64,000 nt of DNA from Balanoglossus misakiensis (lineage: Eukaryota > Animalia > Hemichordata): NCBI GenBank assembly GCA_040954595.2, contig CM082594.2, positions 4,759,319 through 4,823,318 on the forward strand. The letters run 5' to 3'. This document shows, piece by piece, positions 11,807 to 26,450 of this stretch; the first letter of the stretch is position 1; each line of letters starts with the position of its first letter. A program made the position numbers and the translations under genes. Under the pieces are notes generated by a model. It did not search any database. It was not told the DNA's origin and saw nothing but the letters and a program-made list of their open reading frames with translations.

Positions 11807-14677
11807 ATCTTCCTGAGTTTAACATTATTCTCAGGTCTCTGCCTTTGTCTGTCTCTCTCTCTCTCCAAAACATAATTCACCGAGGTCGTCACATTTTTCT
11901 CCCTCACCTCAGTCGCAATGCTCTGTCATGGCCAGGAGTATGATCAGTTTGATGAGGGACATTGGTGTAGGCTGAGACGTCCAGTGCTAACCACAGTGTG
12001 TAGATGCGGTCACGTGACCCTGTATGGGCTATGACAGCACTTAGCAAACTCACAGTCTATGTGATAGAGAGACTGTGGTAAACTATACTTGCAGTTTGTT
12101 GTAGCGAAGAGTGAGTTTAGGAGTTACCTTTGTCCGTGCTCAAGGGCATGTCCACTGTTCTAGTACCACTTGTTCAACTACACATGCGACACGGTGTATA
12201 ATTTTATCATTCATTTCTGAACAGACCATTAAGCATTGATCTACGCTGCTGCGTTAAGCATGCCTGGATTTTTGAGAGCTTTGCAACCACGCACCCACAA
12301 CTTGGAAGGTGTTGAAAGCACTCTCATTTAACCTACAAGTGTCCTTGCGCGTTTCAACGAGTGGGCGCGGCCGTGTTCCACGAAATAAGAAAGTGCTAAA
12401 TCGACTGGTTTGACAAGACTCTCAAATTATCAATAAGCAGGTACCGCGACTTGACATTCGATACTTCGATATTAACATCCGTCGACAACAAGACGATGAC
12501 GTGGGAAGACGGTGATGTGATGGCCTGGATTGTGACGACGACGGTTCGACAGTTTTTCGATCGTCACATCCGGTGCCTCAGAAGAAAAAACGCTGACAGG
12601 GATGATTTCCTGTCGACGGCGGTAAAATTTGGTATTTCTCTCGACAAAATGACAATAATTATTCGATTAGCGATTGTTAAAAAAGTAAAACTTCGGAGAA
12701 TCTATGTAAACGCGTAAAACATGACACTTTCTGTTTATCGTATCTTGCGCAGCTGCCATACTTAACCATTGATCGCGGTCTTCGCTTGTGATTGCACCAC
12801 AGTTTATCGGGCATGCGCACTACAGTCAAAGTTTTGCGCAGTCGATTCAGTGGCGACGCAGTGTTCCCGGATGTTATGATTTTTTTCAAACCATGAAGTA
12901 TTCTACTGAACAGCACAGAGTTGCGGTATGCAAGAAGGATAATTGCGATATACAAGCAGGATACGTGTGTTCCAAAGTTCTTGAGTGAGCACCATAATAA
13001 ATTTGGTCCGCGTTTTTCCACTAAATGACGTCATGCTGTTTCTGTCCTTCGTGCGCAGATAACCCTACGCATCACTTCTTTGACTGCATGCAAGTTGTCT
13101 GGCTGTAAAAAGTCCAGATTTTCCAAATCAGAGTAATTGTCCTCGCTCACGAAGGTTGCTTTCGATAAACAGTGACTTGCTTTAGACAAAGGACCCATTC
13201 TTTTACCCGGGAATAAATTGAGAAAGACAACCTTGTCAGAAACACCGCAGGCTCCGCACTTCAATTCAACGCACGCCTCTAAAAGTTTATGCACATAAAA
13301 TTAATTCTATATCATAATACTCGTATAGTTTTATAACGTTATGAGTGGCGTTTACTTAACGCGGTGTAGTAACGAAAGTAGGGCAATAAAATACCTCTTT
13401 AGATTCGATGCCAGCGTGACTGCCAGATGAAGTGTCGAAAAAGAGTGGGAACCGCTAAGTTTTAGTTCTACGAAGGGCATCGGAAGTGCCCAGAGAGCCA
13501 CTCGCAACATGGCCGTAAAATTACAGCTTCATAAAACCGCTCCCGTTCATTCCATAAACGTGGCGGTAACTCCATCAAGAAAGCCGCGTGTACGCTCCCA
13601 AGTGTTGCGTGTGATATATTGCCGTCTGGAAAGCTAATACGACAGTGGATCGTAATAGCCACGCGCGCGTACACTTTAATAGAGGCGGGCCGTTAGGGTC
13701 ATTAAACGACTACAAGAGGTCATTAAAGCATATGTCCAGAATAGAATGCCCTGTCAAAAATCATGAAACTGCCATTCGTCAATGCTGTTGGTTTAAATAT
13801 GATGTTTTCTGAACCGTTTACAAGTCGAGTGTTTATTCAGTGCGCGGCCAATTGAACATGCCAGCGAGTAGATGTTGTCCGTAAACCAAAACCCGGATCT
13901 AGACGGATGATGTCATCTGAAATAACCCTCTCTCAAAAGTCACACAGTCACAGTATACGCTGCATGGTTTTTCCGTACTGGACTGACTGCTGCAATAAAT
14001 TCACATCCAAATTCTTCTTCAAATGCATTTTATTGCTACATTCATTGTTGAAACGGCGTTGCGGGGCACTCTGGGATAACATGGTGGATAGGATAGTTGT
14101 CTGGCGACAAAAAAAAAAAACGGAGAGGGCTGACGGCATACGCGGATTGCGTCAGACAGAAGCATTCCGGCTGGTCGACGCGACTATACCTGCAGATGGT
14201 GTGGCCGTACCAGTCTCCATACGCGTCCGTCTTTCGTTGCGAAAGCGTGCGTAATCGGGGGAAATTTGATGAAAGAAAGAGCGTACAGCTCTCTCCATAC
14301 GAAGCTTACGTTGCCAGGTTTGCGCTTCGCTCTTCCAAACTGAAGGGTTTTGTATTTTGTCAAAGTCACGGTTGGTTGAGTAGTTGTTTTGCCACCTGGT
14401 ACGTCACATACCAGCAGTACTTCGCTTGAAACGGAAGTCTCACATAAATCGTGATATCGCAGTCTTTTCAGTAAAAGGGTGCGCTGTATCCGGTACGATT
14501 TGACTGATAGATTTTATTATCTTAAATTAGACTGCATATCTGTGTGCAAAGAAAAATTTATGTGAAATTTGACGAAAAATATCCTGCCCTCCCCTCAAAT
14601 CGAGACACGCGGTGCGTATATACATACACACACATAAATGCATGTACATACATTATATACATTATTTATAATACTAG

Positions 14678-14897
14678 TACATACATACATACATACATAC
14701 ATACATACATACATACATACATACATACATACATACATACATACATACATACATACATACATACATACATACATACATACATACATACATACATACATAC
14801 ATACATACATACATACATACATACATACATACATACATACATACATACATACATACATACATACATACATACATACATACATACATACATACATACA
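14678..14897. repeat. (TACA)n microsatellite, about 55 units
   Basis: Perfect tetranucleotide array. Confidence 0.98.
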
Positions 14898-15419
14898 CAA
14901 AACCCGAAATCATTTTATTTCAGTACAATTACATCTTCATCACGAGTTAAGTTGTAAGCTGCAGTCACGTGACCGGGGAAATCCGTCCTGATTGTGATGT
15001 CACGTCTCTTTGAATGAATAGTAGTTTCAGTGTTCCATATTTAATCGGAAACGATATAATGTGGGTGAATGCTGTAGTAGTTAACAACGTAGTAACTGTA
15101 ATCTATCACCAATCACCCACCATACCTACAGTACCATAATACTAGTACAATATAATTTAATACAATCTCATAAAATCGGATAATATTATATATATATAAT
15201 ATAAAATCATACATCACATATTATAATAGAGAGTAGTGTATATTGTGTGTATGTAGTGAGTACTAGTATATTAAATTTGTTCATGTGTTTATGATGTTTA
15301 TTCACATGTGTATTGACTTAATAAATATTCATTTTTTCATTCATTCATTTATCCATCTATCCATTCATTCATTCATTTTTAACACTTTCATAATTTTAAG
15401 CTTGTCTCTTCTAAACACG

Positions 15420-15993
15420 GCAATGCAGGCGGTGCGACCTGCCGGTGACGGTGCGAATTTTAATTCCCGTGACGTGAATCGAACCGTGAGATCAATCATT
15501 CCAATTGATAGAAATTTCTACTGACGTAGATGCTTGGGCCCCACAAGTTGTTGTCCAAGCCCTGCCACACACACCTGCACGCGTGGGATTCGTTCACGGC
15601 CGCTGCCGAGAGATACATAGATAGATACGACTGGCTTGTTGCGCCATACCCGCCCATTCCAGCTGCCGAGACCCGGCCCGTCCGTGACCGCCGCGCGACG
15701 ACTGTCCGATCCAAGGCTGGCATTTTTTTTTCGCTCTCCCGGATGTACTAGCTCGGTCACGACGCGCGCGAGAACTGCGTCCTGCCGACCACACTTGTGT
15801 ATGCTAATTAGTTGGGGATTTTTCTGCCCAGTATAGACAGTTTCTTCTCTTTCTACCGCGTACGAACGGGATTTCGCGATCGACTCTGCGTCGTGATACA
15901 ACGGATATCGCCGGTTGCCGTCACTCCAACCGCCACTCATAGCTGATCACATTTTGAAGTTTTGTCTGAGTCGCTTTCTACAGATTTGTCCAG
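15420..15993 (+). promoter_or_regulatory. CpG-rich island; candidate distal promoter or non-coding first exon
   Basis: High CpG/GC, ETS site CCGGATGT at 15739-15746, ends in a strong donor CAG|GTGAGA at 15993/15994; no credible ORF. Confidence 0.35.
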
Positions 15994-16351
15994 GTGAGAT
16001 GAAATCTTTCTTTTCATGTTTTTGTTGAAACGAGACACTAAAAAGAACTTAAAGATGTATGCGGGGGGGGGGGGGTAAACTGACTGGTCTTGGATACAGG
16101 TAGAGAAAATTCATGAAAGAGTTTATTGCAACAACAGAAATATGCAGAACGTGATTCATTCAAACATGAGGGCTCTCCACGTGATGGCTGACAGCTGATT
16201 GGTCGTGGGATTTCCATCCCAGGTGTTGTAACTGTGAAGTTCCTTGGTGTTGTAAACGGACATTGTACTAAAGACTACGTGCATGTCAACTTGAAGTATT
16301 TGTCAACTTGTGTGTGTGTGTGATCCGCTTCAATATAGTACCAGACCCGGG

Positions 16352-16444
16352 TTAACCCTTTCACCGTCATGGTTCAGTCCAAACCCGGTGTTTTCTATGG
16401 TAAGGTTGGACGTCTATAGAGGGAACTGGGGGTGATAGGGTTAG
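16352..16444 (-). mobile_element. ~90-bp piggyBac-type mini-MITE
   Basis: TTAA-CCCTTTCACC...GGTGATAGGG-TTAG; reverse complement of the 7958-8051 family. Confidence 0.7.
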
Positions 16445-17636
16445 TACATACCTTGGCTGGTTTCATTCAATCTATCGGAGACTGTGTCATCAGTAGTGAC
16501 TTATTTAATCGCGTCACAAGATGGTCACTTTCCGTGTATTTTATTTTTCCGTGTATGATATTTTTTCACGAGAGACATTTTGACGCACCACCAAGTCAAG
16601 AAAAGCTACGCAGGTCATATTTTCGTATCACCACCATCCTTCAGTACCCCCTCCCTCTCCCCGTCCTCCTTAAAGAAGCATCTCTCAGACCGCGTGTCCG
16701 CGACTCGCCGAAGCTAAGGAAGTGTCACTTGGCAACGCCGTCGCTCCTGGTGACGACCGTTCCATTTATCGATGTGAACACGACGGTAAATTAAGAGTCC
16801 GGAAAGCCATCTGAACGATACAAAAACTCTTTTTTTTTATACCTAATAAAACATACTTTAAAGATCCGCTAGCTTTAACTTTTGGCTTTTTCAGCAGTTG
16901 TGTTCATTGTATGAACAGCAGTTTATATTTAGCTTCTCAGCACATTCTTTTGCGTTAACATTGAATTCTAGTCCGGACTTGAATTCATTTGTCAGCAATG
17001 GCTATTCAAGACTATATCCTGCAAGTTCGAATTTTTAAATCTTGGGAATTTAACTATTTTACGCAGAGAAATGATTTACGAATTCCCGTCGACGCGTCAT
17101 CGTGACAATTTACATTTTCCTTGTGCTAGAGAAACGTTACAAAGCGTGACTTGGCCTGCATTTCAAACAACATATCGCACCATCTATATCACATCTTGAT
17201 CTATTTTCACAAAAAATCCCCCTTTCTGCACGTGTATTAGTGTCCCTTTGACGACCTGCGCTGTACTCACTGCACTAAAAACCATAAATCATCCACTTCC
17301 CTGTGTGAATTCAGCAAATATGAGGCGGAAAACGAAAATGGTGACAAATTAATATTGACACAATTTTTTTTCTCCAGCAAAATCACTCAACTTCGCGAAC
17401 GTGGGCGAAGAAACGTTCTTCGGCGAGTTGGCAAAGCTTATTAAGACAAAAGTTCAAATTAATTGTTTCTGGTCATGGGAAGGGGGAAGGAGCAGTCACG
17501 ACTTCAGAATGTGAATAAACTGAAAGTGTTTGAGAATATCCTGAGGCGCGAGGCTAACACAAAATCACCCAAAGATATTTTTCTCTATTTGTGAAGTAGT
17601 CAAGCTTGAATCATGATTTGCATACAAGTAGACTTG

Positions 17637-17848
<212 letters not shown>

Positions 17849-19396
17849 TCTAGTAACCGTGGGGATATTAAAGTCCGTCATGTACCAATGAAAATCGCGC
17901 GTCAAAATAAGAGAGCGACTGTCACATATTTTTGACATGCATACACAAAACAAAAGCATTGATACGTGACAGATCAATAGATGCTGTCGGATCAAAACAC
18001 ACCTGCGGTGCCGTGCGCTTAAAAATCGAGACATCATCTGTATGTCAGTCTGATACTAGAGATAGGCATATTCCCTCAGACTCGCTCCCTTCGTCGCGGG
18101 GGGCGAACTGTGTCAATTTTCGCTCAAACAAACCCAGGTGCCGCCGACTGCGCGCGTTGTACACGGCCCGTCTCCCGTTACAGAATGATCTATTTATTGC
18201 CGAATCCAATACGTCAGTTTGGATGTCGTCTGTATTCTGTGCGCGGAGAACAGCGTGTCAAGCCGCGCATGATTTCATTAGCGGGTTCGAGACACGCTTT
18301 CTTTTATTTCTGCAACTCCGACGGACCTGCCGTACGGCTAGTCTTCAAGCTCTTCACTTTAAAAAAGTGATTTCGCGCACGGAGAACAGAGAGTACCCAA
18401 TTAATGGGTCTGACACCGCGATATTATGACGGCTCTGTTTACAAGAAATGTCGATCAGGTAGCAATAGACGATTTTGCAGCAATATCGGCCGGTCCTAAT
18501 ACCCGTGACGTCGATCCGCCGCTATAGCTATGAAATATTCCATACATAGGCCATAATGCATTGCGCATGCGTCTTACTTCTAATAATGCACAAAGTTGAC
18601 ATTCTTGTGATTTTGTTTTCAGACAACGACATATGCCATAAAAACGGAGGCAATGAACTAAAATAATGTCGACCCAAAGATTTTCATCGTTAAATAGAAA
18701 TCTGTATAATTTATCAGAGAATATAATTTTACCTCTCCCACCCATTCACTTACTGACCAGAAAAGTACTCCTAACCCCCCCCCCCCCCCCCCCTTCCAGT
18801 ACACACACATTCTTCATCGGTTCTTCTGTCAAATATCTGAGTAGTTTGTACTACGAATGCCCGGTCACCACCTTGCCGTGTATTTATTATAAACATGTCA
18901 TTATTGACAGGACTGGGGAGGGGTTTCTTGTCACTTGTGACGAGAGTGAAACCATGGAGACGGCTAGGGGAAACGCACCAACTTCCACTTTCAAAATGTG
19001 CGCAGTCGAGTCACGATTCAAAATGGAAGCATCTTTTCTACTTGGACGGCACGACTTCTTGGTTGTGATTCGTGAGTGTTTAAATTGAGGGTACGTTTCC
19101 TCTGCAGCGGTGGTGATTGTACAGGGAAAATCTTTTTGAATGACCTGCGAATTTTACGACCCAATGATTATAGTTTTCGTTTGATGGTAATACGTTGAAT
19201 TGATTGTGTTTGTGTGTTTCGCTGGTTTTTGACATGCCGCATATATCAAGGGGACATGTAGGTTAATGTAGTCAACTGTGCCGGAAACCATTTACTCCAT
19301 TTACTTTGTAAGTCTTACTGATATGCATGTCTTTGTCGACGTCGACACGACACAAACACTCGATAATCAGATATAACCACACAGAGTAATCAATCA

Positions 19397-19696
<300 letters not shown>

Positions 19697-22600
19697 TCAT
19701 TTTCTCATTTTTTCAGCCTAAGTCTTGCCTCCCGCCTTCGCAGTGGGGGTCTGCAATATTCTCTGTCACTTGTAATTATTCAAATGACGTCATCGTGTCA
19801 TTGCCAAAGGTCGCGTCAATAACATCTGTATGTGTGATTTGTGGGGTCGGTACTTTAGGATATATGTACATTGTTTGGACGTTAGCAACAGCGATTTTCA
19901 TCTTTTCGTCGCTAAGTTCATTGCAATTTTTCACAGTCTCATCTGCTGTGTTTTGCAACTTCTGGCGATAATTCGTTCAGTTCACGTTACTCAAAATGAG
20001 CTACGTATACTCTCAGTCAGAAAATTCGGTCGCGTTGTCGGTATTTACATTTGTACATATTATCACACATTCCGTTCAAATTTTAAGCTGCAGTTAGCAC
20101 TTTCTTGTAAAACTGTGTATACATAATTGATAGCTGTTTCAGATTTCTTCAATATATAGGGAATGAAGTGTCGCTAGAGGGGTTCCTTCGCCAACCCACC
20201 ACCTTGAACCGTCCCTTGGGAACTCCGATATGATACAGCATTTTCACGACCATAATCCAAGATTAACGAACAATCGTGCATGTAAATCAGTGGTACATCC
20301 ATTGAGCAATCCACGCGACGACATATTTACGATGGAGAATCAAATATATACGTCATAAGATTAACATAATAAGGCGAAGATCAACATAAAGATTAGCATA
20401 ATTAGATACTAATCAAAGTCTTTACCCACGTATTGCGTGTATTAATTTAATATCCGTGGTTTTGCATTGTCCTCAGGTTGACACTAATCGTGTTATGTTT
20501 AATTAACTTAAGAGTTGTTTATTTTTTTCTTCAATGGGGTATACAATTGAACAATTAGTTCGCAAATTATAGCAAACTCCACTGTCAACAAGCTGTTTAT
20601 ATGCTGAAAAGCACTAACATAAAAAATGTGTAAGTAAATAAATTTGCGTCAATAAATCCCCCGCCCCTTTTAATACTGAGTGTATCTGTTCATGGGATAA
20701 CCTAGTAACCCAGCGAGATGTGAATCCTGTAATCCACGGGTTAATGCGCACAAGATGACGTACATACGCGTTTATGTGAACTTTTGATGACCCTCCACCA
20801 CACCACAAATTGGCATGCTCTCTCTCTCTCTTTGAAGATGATGAAATGTTTACATACAATGGGAAGTAATGAATTACTTATTCTATCGGATTCGTCTACC
20901 GTGTTCAACAAGCGATTCCGTGTTCTTACTTTGTATTGACTGACTTGTTCGCGTATTACCAGTGGACCGGAGGACGACAGCAAGCGTTTCCATAGATATT
21001 AGTAGTCTATAATATTTATAGGTTTTACGATGTGAAACGCGCGTATACACAGATCGATCACCAATACATTTGATTTGAACTTTACCTTTTACACGGTTCC
21101 TCATTAACATATCGATTCCTCAACGAATTCGATAGTTCAATATTTGATTTTCGAGTGGCAAATATGTACGAGAAATGGGATTTTTTCTGACCTTATCTAC
21201 CGCGTGACGTCAGGCCGTGCATAGCCGGCCAATTATTTGAAAATTTCGCGACTCATTTGTTAACTTGGCAAAACTGTAAGAACACCGGGTTTTGACACCC
21301 TCTGGCAAGTGTTTTGGAAGTTTCTGGTCCGCCCCCGAAATCCCTAGTATTTCAATTCATCCATCGAGTCCAGGTACGCACTTATCGTTCCGTTCTTTGA
21401 TGAGTGATCATGTTGTAGTAGGCTACTCATTCACGTTTGTCGAATAACAATGTGAATTTATTCCCAACAAGCGGACAGGTAGGACCCCCTTTGTATACAT
21501 CAAGAAGGGCAACAGTATCAAATAGCTTGAACCAAGGGGTGTATGCATGCACACCGCATGGAATCGTCAATGCGCATCGTCTTATGCTTTATGATGCGCA
21601 GGTAGAAATGCTTGACTGCTATACTCACACCCCGGGTATTTATTCCAATAAACAGTTTGCATGATGCATTGTTTTGGGGAAGTGTTATGAACTAGCATCT
21701 ATACTGAACAGTGGACGCAAAGTTTACATGACCAATATGTTGGAACAAATCTGTCATTTTCTAGAACATTTTCTGGATGAGTGCAATTTGCCCATGTCTC
21801 GGGAATATCTTCTATTGAAACTACTTTAATTCAACATTTAGTTTAGGTTCCCACGAGTTTTCCCGCCAAAAATGTATTTCCCGCCAACTTAAGTGTATTC
21901 CCCCTTTTCAAATAACCGATGATGAAAGTATGTGGAAGAATTATTGAAAGGATAACCATTTTAAATGCTTACAATTAATAATGAAAGGATTATATCGCAG
22001 AAATTTTAATTAGGTTTATTAATTTAATTTAACATTCAGGAATTAGGACATGCATGACTCAGTGGCATATATATATGTCCGTTGATACCTAATTGACATC
22101 GCCCAGCTGCGATACCAAACTTCTTCTTGAATGCTATGGATCAAAACTGATAGTAAAAGAAATAAAAACAATCGAAAAACAGTGTGATTTACTGAAGATT
22201 TTTGTGGGAAAGGCTAACAAGCAGTTAACCTCATAATCACAGTTCACACTCTTGTCATCGTGTGAATTTGAAAATAATTGATAATTTATATGCTTTTGTT
22301 GTGAGCCTAACCGTGATTCGAACATGTCTGTGAAAGTAGCGAGATCGTGTCAGACAATTAACAGTTGGACTAGATGGCGGGACCGGCCACAAAACAAGGG
22401 AGTCCATAACAATGCCTTGTCGATGAGATTGTTGTGATGTGGTCTGGAAGCTGTCAATACGCTGGGCACCCGAACACCGACGCTCTAATTGCATCGCTTC
22501 GCGCGGCGCTAGTTAGCACTTCACCCCGCCGATGTTCAAATCAATCACGTTCAATTTGACTTTGCTGTATCACGTTCCGTGCCTGGACGACCACTTTCCG

Positions 22601-23898
22601 GTCGCATCGGTAACTTTGATCTCCCGAAGCAAGCAGATCGCGGATATCGTCTTGTGCACGGTCGAAATGCCGTTATGTTATTAAAGCTTACAGTCTTACC
22701 CAACGACGACCCCGTGTAAGTTTTTCATTGCGTTGTGGGTTCGATTGAAAACCCCACTAAAGCATGTTGTTGTTTTTAACAACAGACGAAGAACAACAGT
22801 TTTGAGAACATTGTCTTTGCTAAAAAAAATAACAAAATCCAACAGAAGCGCCAAATCGGAGACTCAGCAAAAAGTAAATGAGCGTAGACGAAAAAAGATG
22901 TTTTCAACGACAGGTATGTTATCGATTTTTAATACAGAAAAAGTGTTATGACATCTTTCGCAAAGTTTCTTATGGACAAAAAGTACACAATTTACTTCCG
23001 GATCCGCGTATATTTTTTTACAATGCAGTTAAAATTTACGGCGGACAATATCCGGCGTTTGTTCGCCTGCATAGTTCTGTTGGCGTGGAATCTCGGGGGT
23101 TCTTGTTCGTTTGTGAATGAGTTGTCGCCGCATTTTTGTGTCATTTGCGTTTTACCAGCATTTCACACTGTAGTGTTATGTCGTTAGTTGGCGGTTTCAA
23201 GTATGTACAGGTCCGAACAGTTTGACGCCTGGTCTTTCGGTTTTGAAGGGTTTTCGTCACTCCTGCAGAGCGCCTTTTTGTTCTTATTCTAAGCTCATTT
23301 CTTTCGAAATCAGCGCATTCTCTTCCTTCAATTATTTCCCTTCTTTTCAGTGTGCGCATGCCCGTACAAGAATTAACCAGTTCTCGTCTGTATGTGAATC
23401 CCCCCAAATCTCATTACCACCTCCGGACAAAAAACGGTAATGATACAACAAGGGTAAACATTTGAGCGGCCAACAATACGTGTTGTCTGTTGTTTTCAAT
23501 TGTGTTGTTCGCAGGTCTTTGAAATCTCTTCGTGGACGATTCACACAAACATTATTATCTAAAGATCGATGGAGATTTGACCATCTATGCCACTAAAGCA
23601 TATGCAGAGGGCCGAGATTTTGCCTGGTTCAAACGCGAACTGGAACCGTTTTGTTCGTGTTTCTTGGTTTGTTGGTTCAAAAAAGCTTTACGGCAAGCTT
23701 TTGACTTAATCTGATTAAAATCAGATCTACAGTTGGCTCCATCTTCGCTGATTCTATACCATGGAGGTACTAATACCTCCATGATTCTATACCTACATCT
23801 GATTTTATTCAGATTGGCTTGCATTCCCTGCACAGCGGAGACCCGCCAGCTTTACTTCAAAACTTATTCTTTGATAGTACAATCTTCCTCTCCTTCTC

Positions 23899-23899
23899 C

Positions 23900-23930
<31 letters not shown>

Positions 23931-23970
23931 GTCTGTCTGACTCCCCCTCTCTCTATCCCTCCTCTCTCTC
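23899..23970. repeat. (CTGT)n / CT-rich simple repeat
   Basis: Directly visible. Confidence 0.85.
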
Positions 23971-26211
23971 ACTCAATCACTCTTAATCGCAATGACCCAC
24001 TAACCATTGCCTTGAATTAGTATTAGCATGACAACGCGTCCTTTACACAGCGACGGCCATGATCGTGCTCATTCACATACAATCACTGACAGTGTGAATG
24101 CCTCTGTCTACAATTCTCAAGGGTATCCTAACTCATCAGTGCGCTCTGTTCCATTGTGACTGCAGATGTTGCCAACGCAACCGTCAAAGCTAATTTGGGC
24201 GAAGGCTGCCAACGTGGCGTTAACCGCGGGAAACTTGGGAGGGGGGGGGGGGAGACCTATAATTCTTTCGGACGGGAGAGGGGGGGGATATCCCGCGATA
24301 TCAGCCGGGCAACTTTAGACACTGACACGGCCCGTGCGATTGGACTGAACGGTGTTAATTCGGTGTAGACAGGTTTTCCAGTATAGACCGGGTTCGGTTT
24401 ATGCAGGGTTCACACTCACAACCGTTGACGGCCAATAGTCGCGGTTCCAGAACCACAATGCATTGCGCGCGCTACCCCCAAGGCCGAGTGCGGGTTGGAC
24501 CCCTGGACATCCTCAAGTTCACTTTTTCGTGGTCGGTGCATTACGCATTGCGAGTCGTAATAAAATAGGTTGCAGAATATGAATCTGTTGGGTTTTTTTC
24601 TAACGTTTTATTTCTAATACTGTATAGAAACCTCATAGTCAGGCTGTTGCAGATGTGATAAAACGCATCCAGACACTAACGCTTTTCTATTGGAAACATT
24701 CATCCGAACTCGTTACTATTGTGTTACTCGGAGCATTGATGACGATCATGACGATGGAGGGATGGGTGCGTTATTCATGTTCTGTGTGGCAACTTTTCGA
24801 CAAAAAATCCCATGCAAATATCTTCCATCGTTGGCTTGGTTGTCGAAAACTTTGCTCTGCAGTATACCCAAAAAGAAAAGGGAAGCGTGTAGAGTTATTT
24901 CACATTTGGACTAAATAGTTCCCACAGAGCGGCGTGTTTTTATGACCGGTCGCATTGTCCTAGATCCTATACAGACGTGTATTCATATACTCTACTGTTC
25001 ATCGAACCAGCATTTGTCTGTAGTAACCGTGTCTGTGGTAAATTTTCGTGGAATCATTCGATAGACGCATTGTTTATCGACCGTGTGCGTGCGATTTGCT
25101 GTCTGCAGGCCTGGTGTTTGTACCTCTCGAACAAAACAAAAAACCTCCTGGATATGCCACGTTCCGATCAGAAATAATAGACTCTCTCACAGAAGAACAT
25201 TTAATTGACCCGGTCATTTGCATACCTCCAGTTGGTCATTCCTCCGTGTCTGAATATCTCCACTTCAAAGAGGTTGGCAGAGAAATCTCCATCATAATGC
25301 GCGTAGCGTAGGTGTTTCATTCAGAGCGGCCACAAAAGGGGCGCGTTTGCTGGGAAAAGGGGGGAGCCGGGAGCCAAAAACATGGCGACGTCAGATGGAA
25401 TGTTGAGGATCACCGTGAAAGTGGTGGAAGCCAGCTGCTCCGTGTATTGTCGTTTTGGGGGTGGGGCAAGAAAACTTTCCATCTGTCCGATATTATACGG
25501 TGGTTGGGGTCGAACCTGACGGCGAATAAACACCGATGGATCTCTGACCATTTTTAACGGTAGACTGCCCATGTAGGAAGACAAAAACCACGTCCAAGGC
25601 ATGGGTCGACATTGTGTTTTTATCAGCTGTATAAACCTCAGTGCGGGCATAAAACTGACAAAAAAAATGAAACGATTCAAAAACGCCATATGCGTGCGGA
25701 CTTGTTCAAATTCACCAGACTGTGTCCGAATTTGAATAAACTATTTTGGACGGAGCGACGTGTGCTGATTCAGAGACACGTGTCAACTTCTCCACGCCGT
25801 CTTTTCGGCTCCTTCTCAGCCACCGTCAAAAGCTTGCCAGTTGACCATCGGTTCCGGTCGACGTTGACATGTCTCGACTTGAAGACCGGAGTATTTCTTT
25901 CTTTACCGACTCGGACAAGGAAATGACAGCCCCGGCAAAACAAAACAAGACTAAACCCGAAATAATGAAGATTTTCACACGATTCATTAAAACTTAACCC
26001 TCTTTGTTACGCGTTGTCATGACAATGTGTGCATTTAATGAAACGAATCTCGGATGTTATTCAGCAGAGAATTGTTTTGAAGAACTTTGTGTTTAAAACT
26101 TCGGCAATATTTGTGATCAACGTGCACGAGCCGTCGCAATAATAACCCGACCTTTGATCTACGTACTAAAAGTTGAAAAAATGATACCATGTAGCGTATA
26201 ATTTCCGAATG

Positions 26212-26450
<239 letters not shown>

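Larger units (their letters stand above)
3587..11830 (+). other. Probable long 3' UTR of the DGK gene (extent uncertain)
   Basis: No coding exons; T/TG-rich and CpG-poor; AATAAA candidates at 3766, 4942, 11284 and 11801; composition changes after about 11.9 kb. Confidence 0.35.

Noticed and set aside
12451-14429. Cluster of 60-115 aa ORFs in CpG-rich DNA as a decayed transposon or hidden gene
   Set aside because: No transposase, RT or other motifs and no consistent exon chain seen; a BLASTX/HMM search would be needed to exclude it fully
14544-14991. ORFs with YIHT/MYVC repeats (likewise 17606-17935, 19394-19700, 26035-26672, 27792-28156, 28971-29192)
   Set aside because: Stop-free translations of microsatellites, not proteins
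22304-22380. tRNA-like sequence on the minus strand (GTTCGAATC B-box, A-box-like TAGTCCAACTG); similar weak case at 33640-33711
   Set aside because: The cloverleaf stems do not pair; at most a degraded SINE head
24238-24290. Poly-G/poly-C runs as functional G-quadruplexes
   Set aside because: Such homopolymers occur throughout the window and their lengths are sequencing-error-prone; nothing specific supports function
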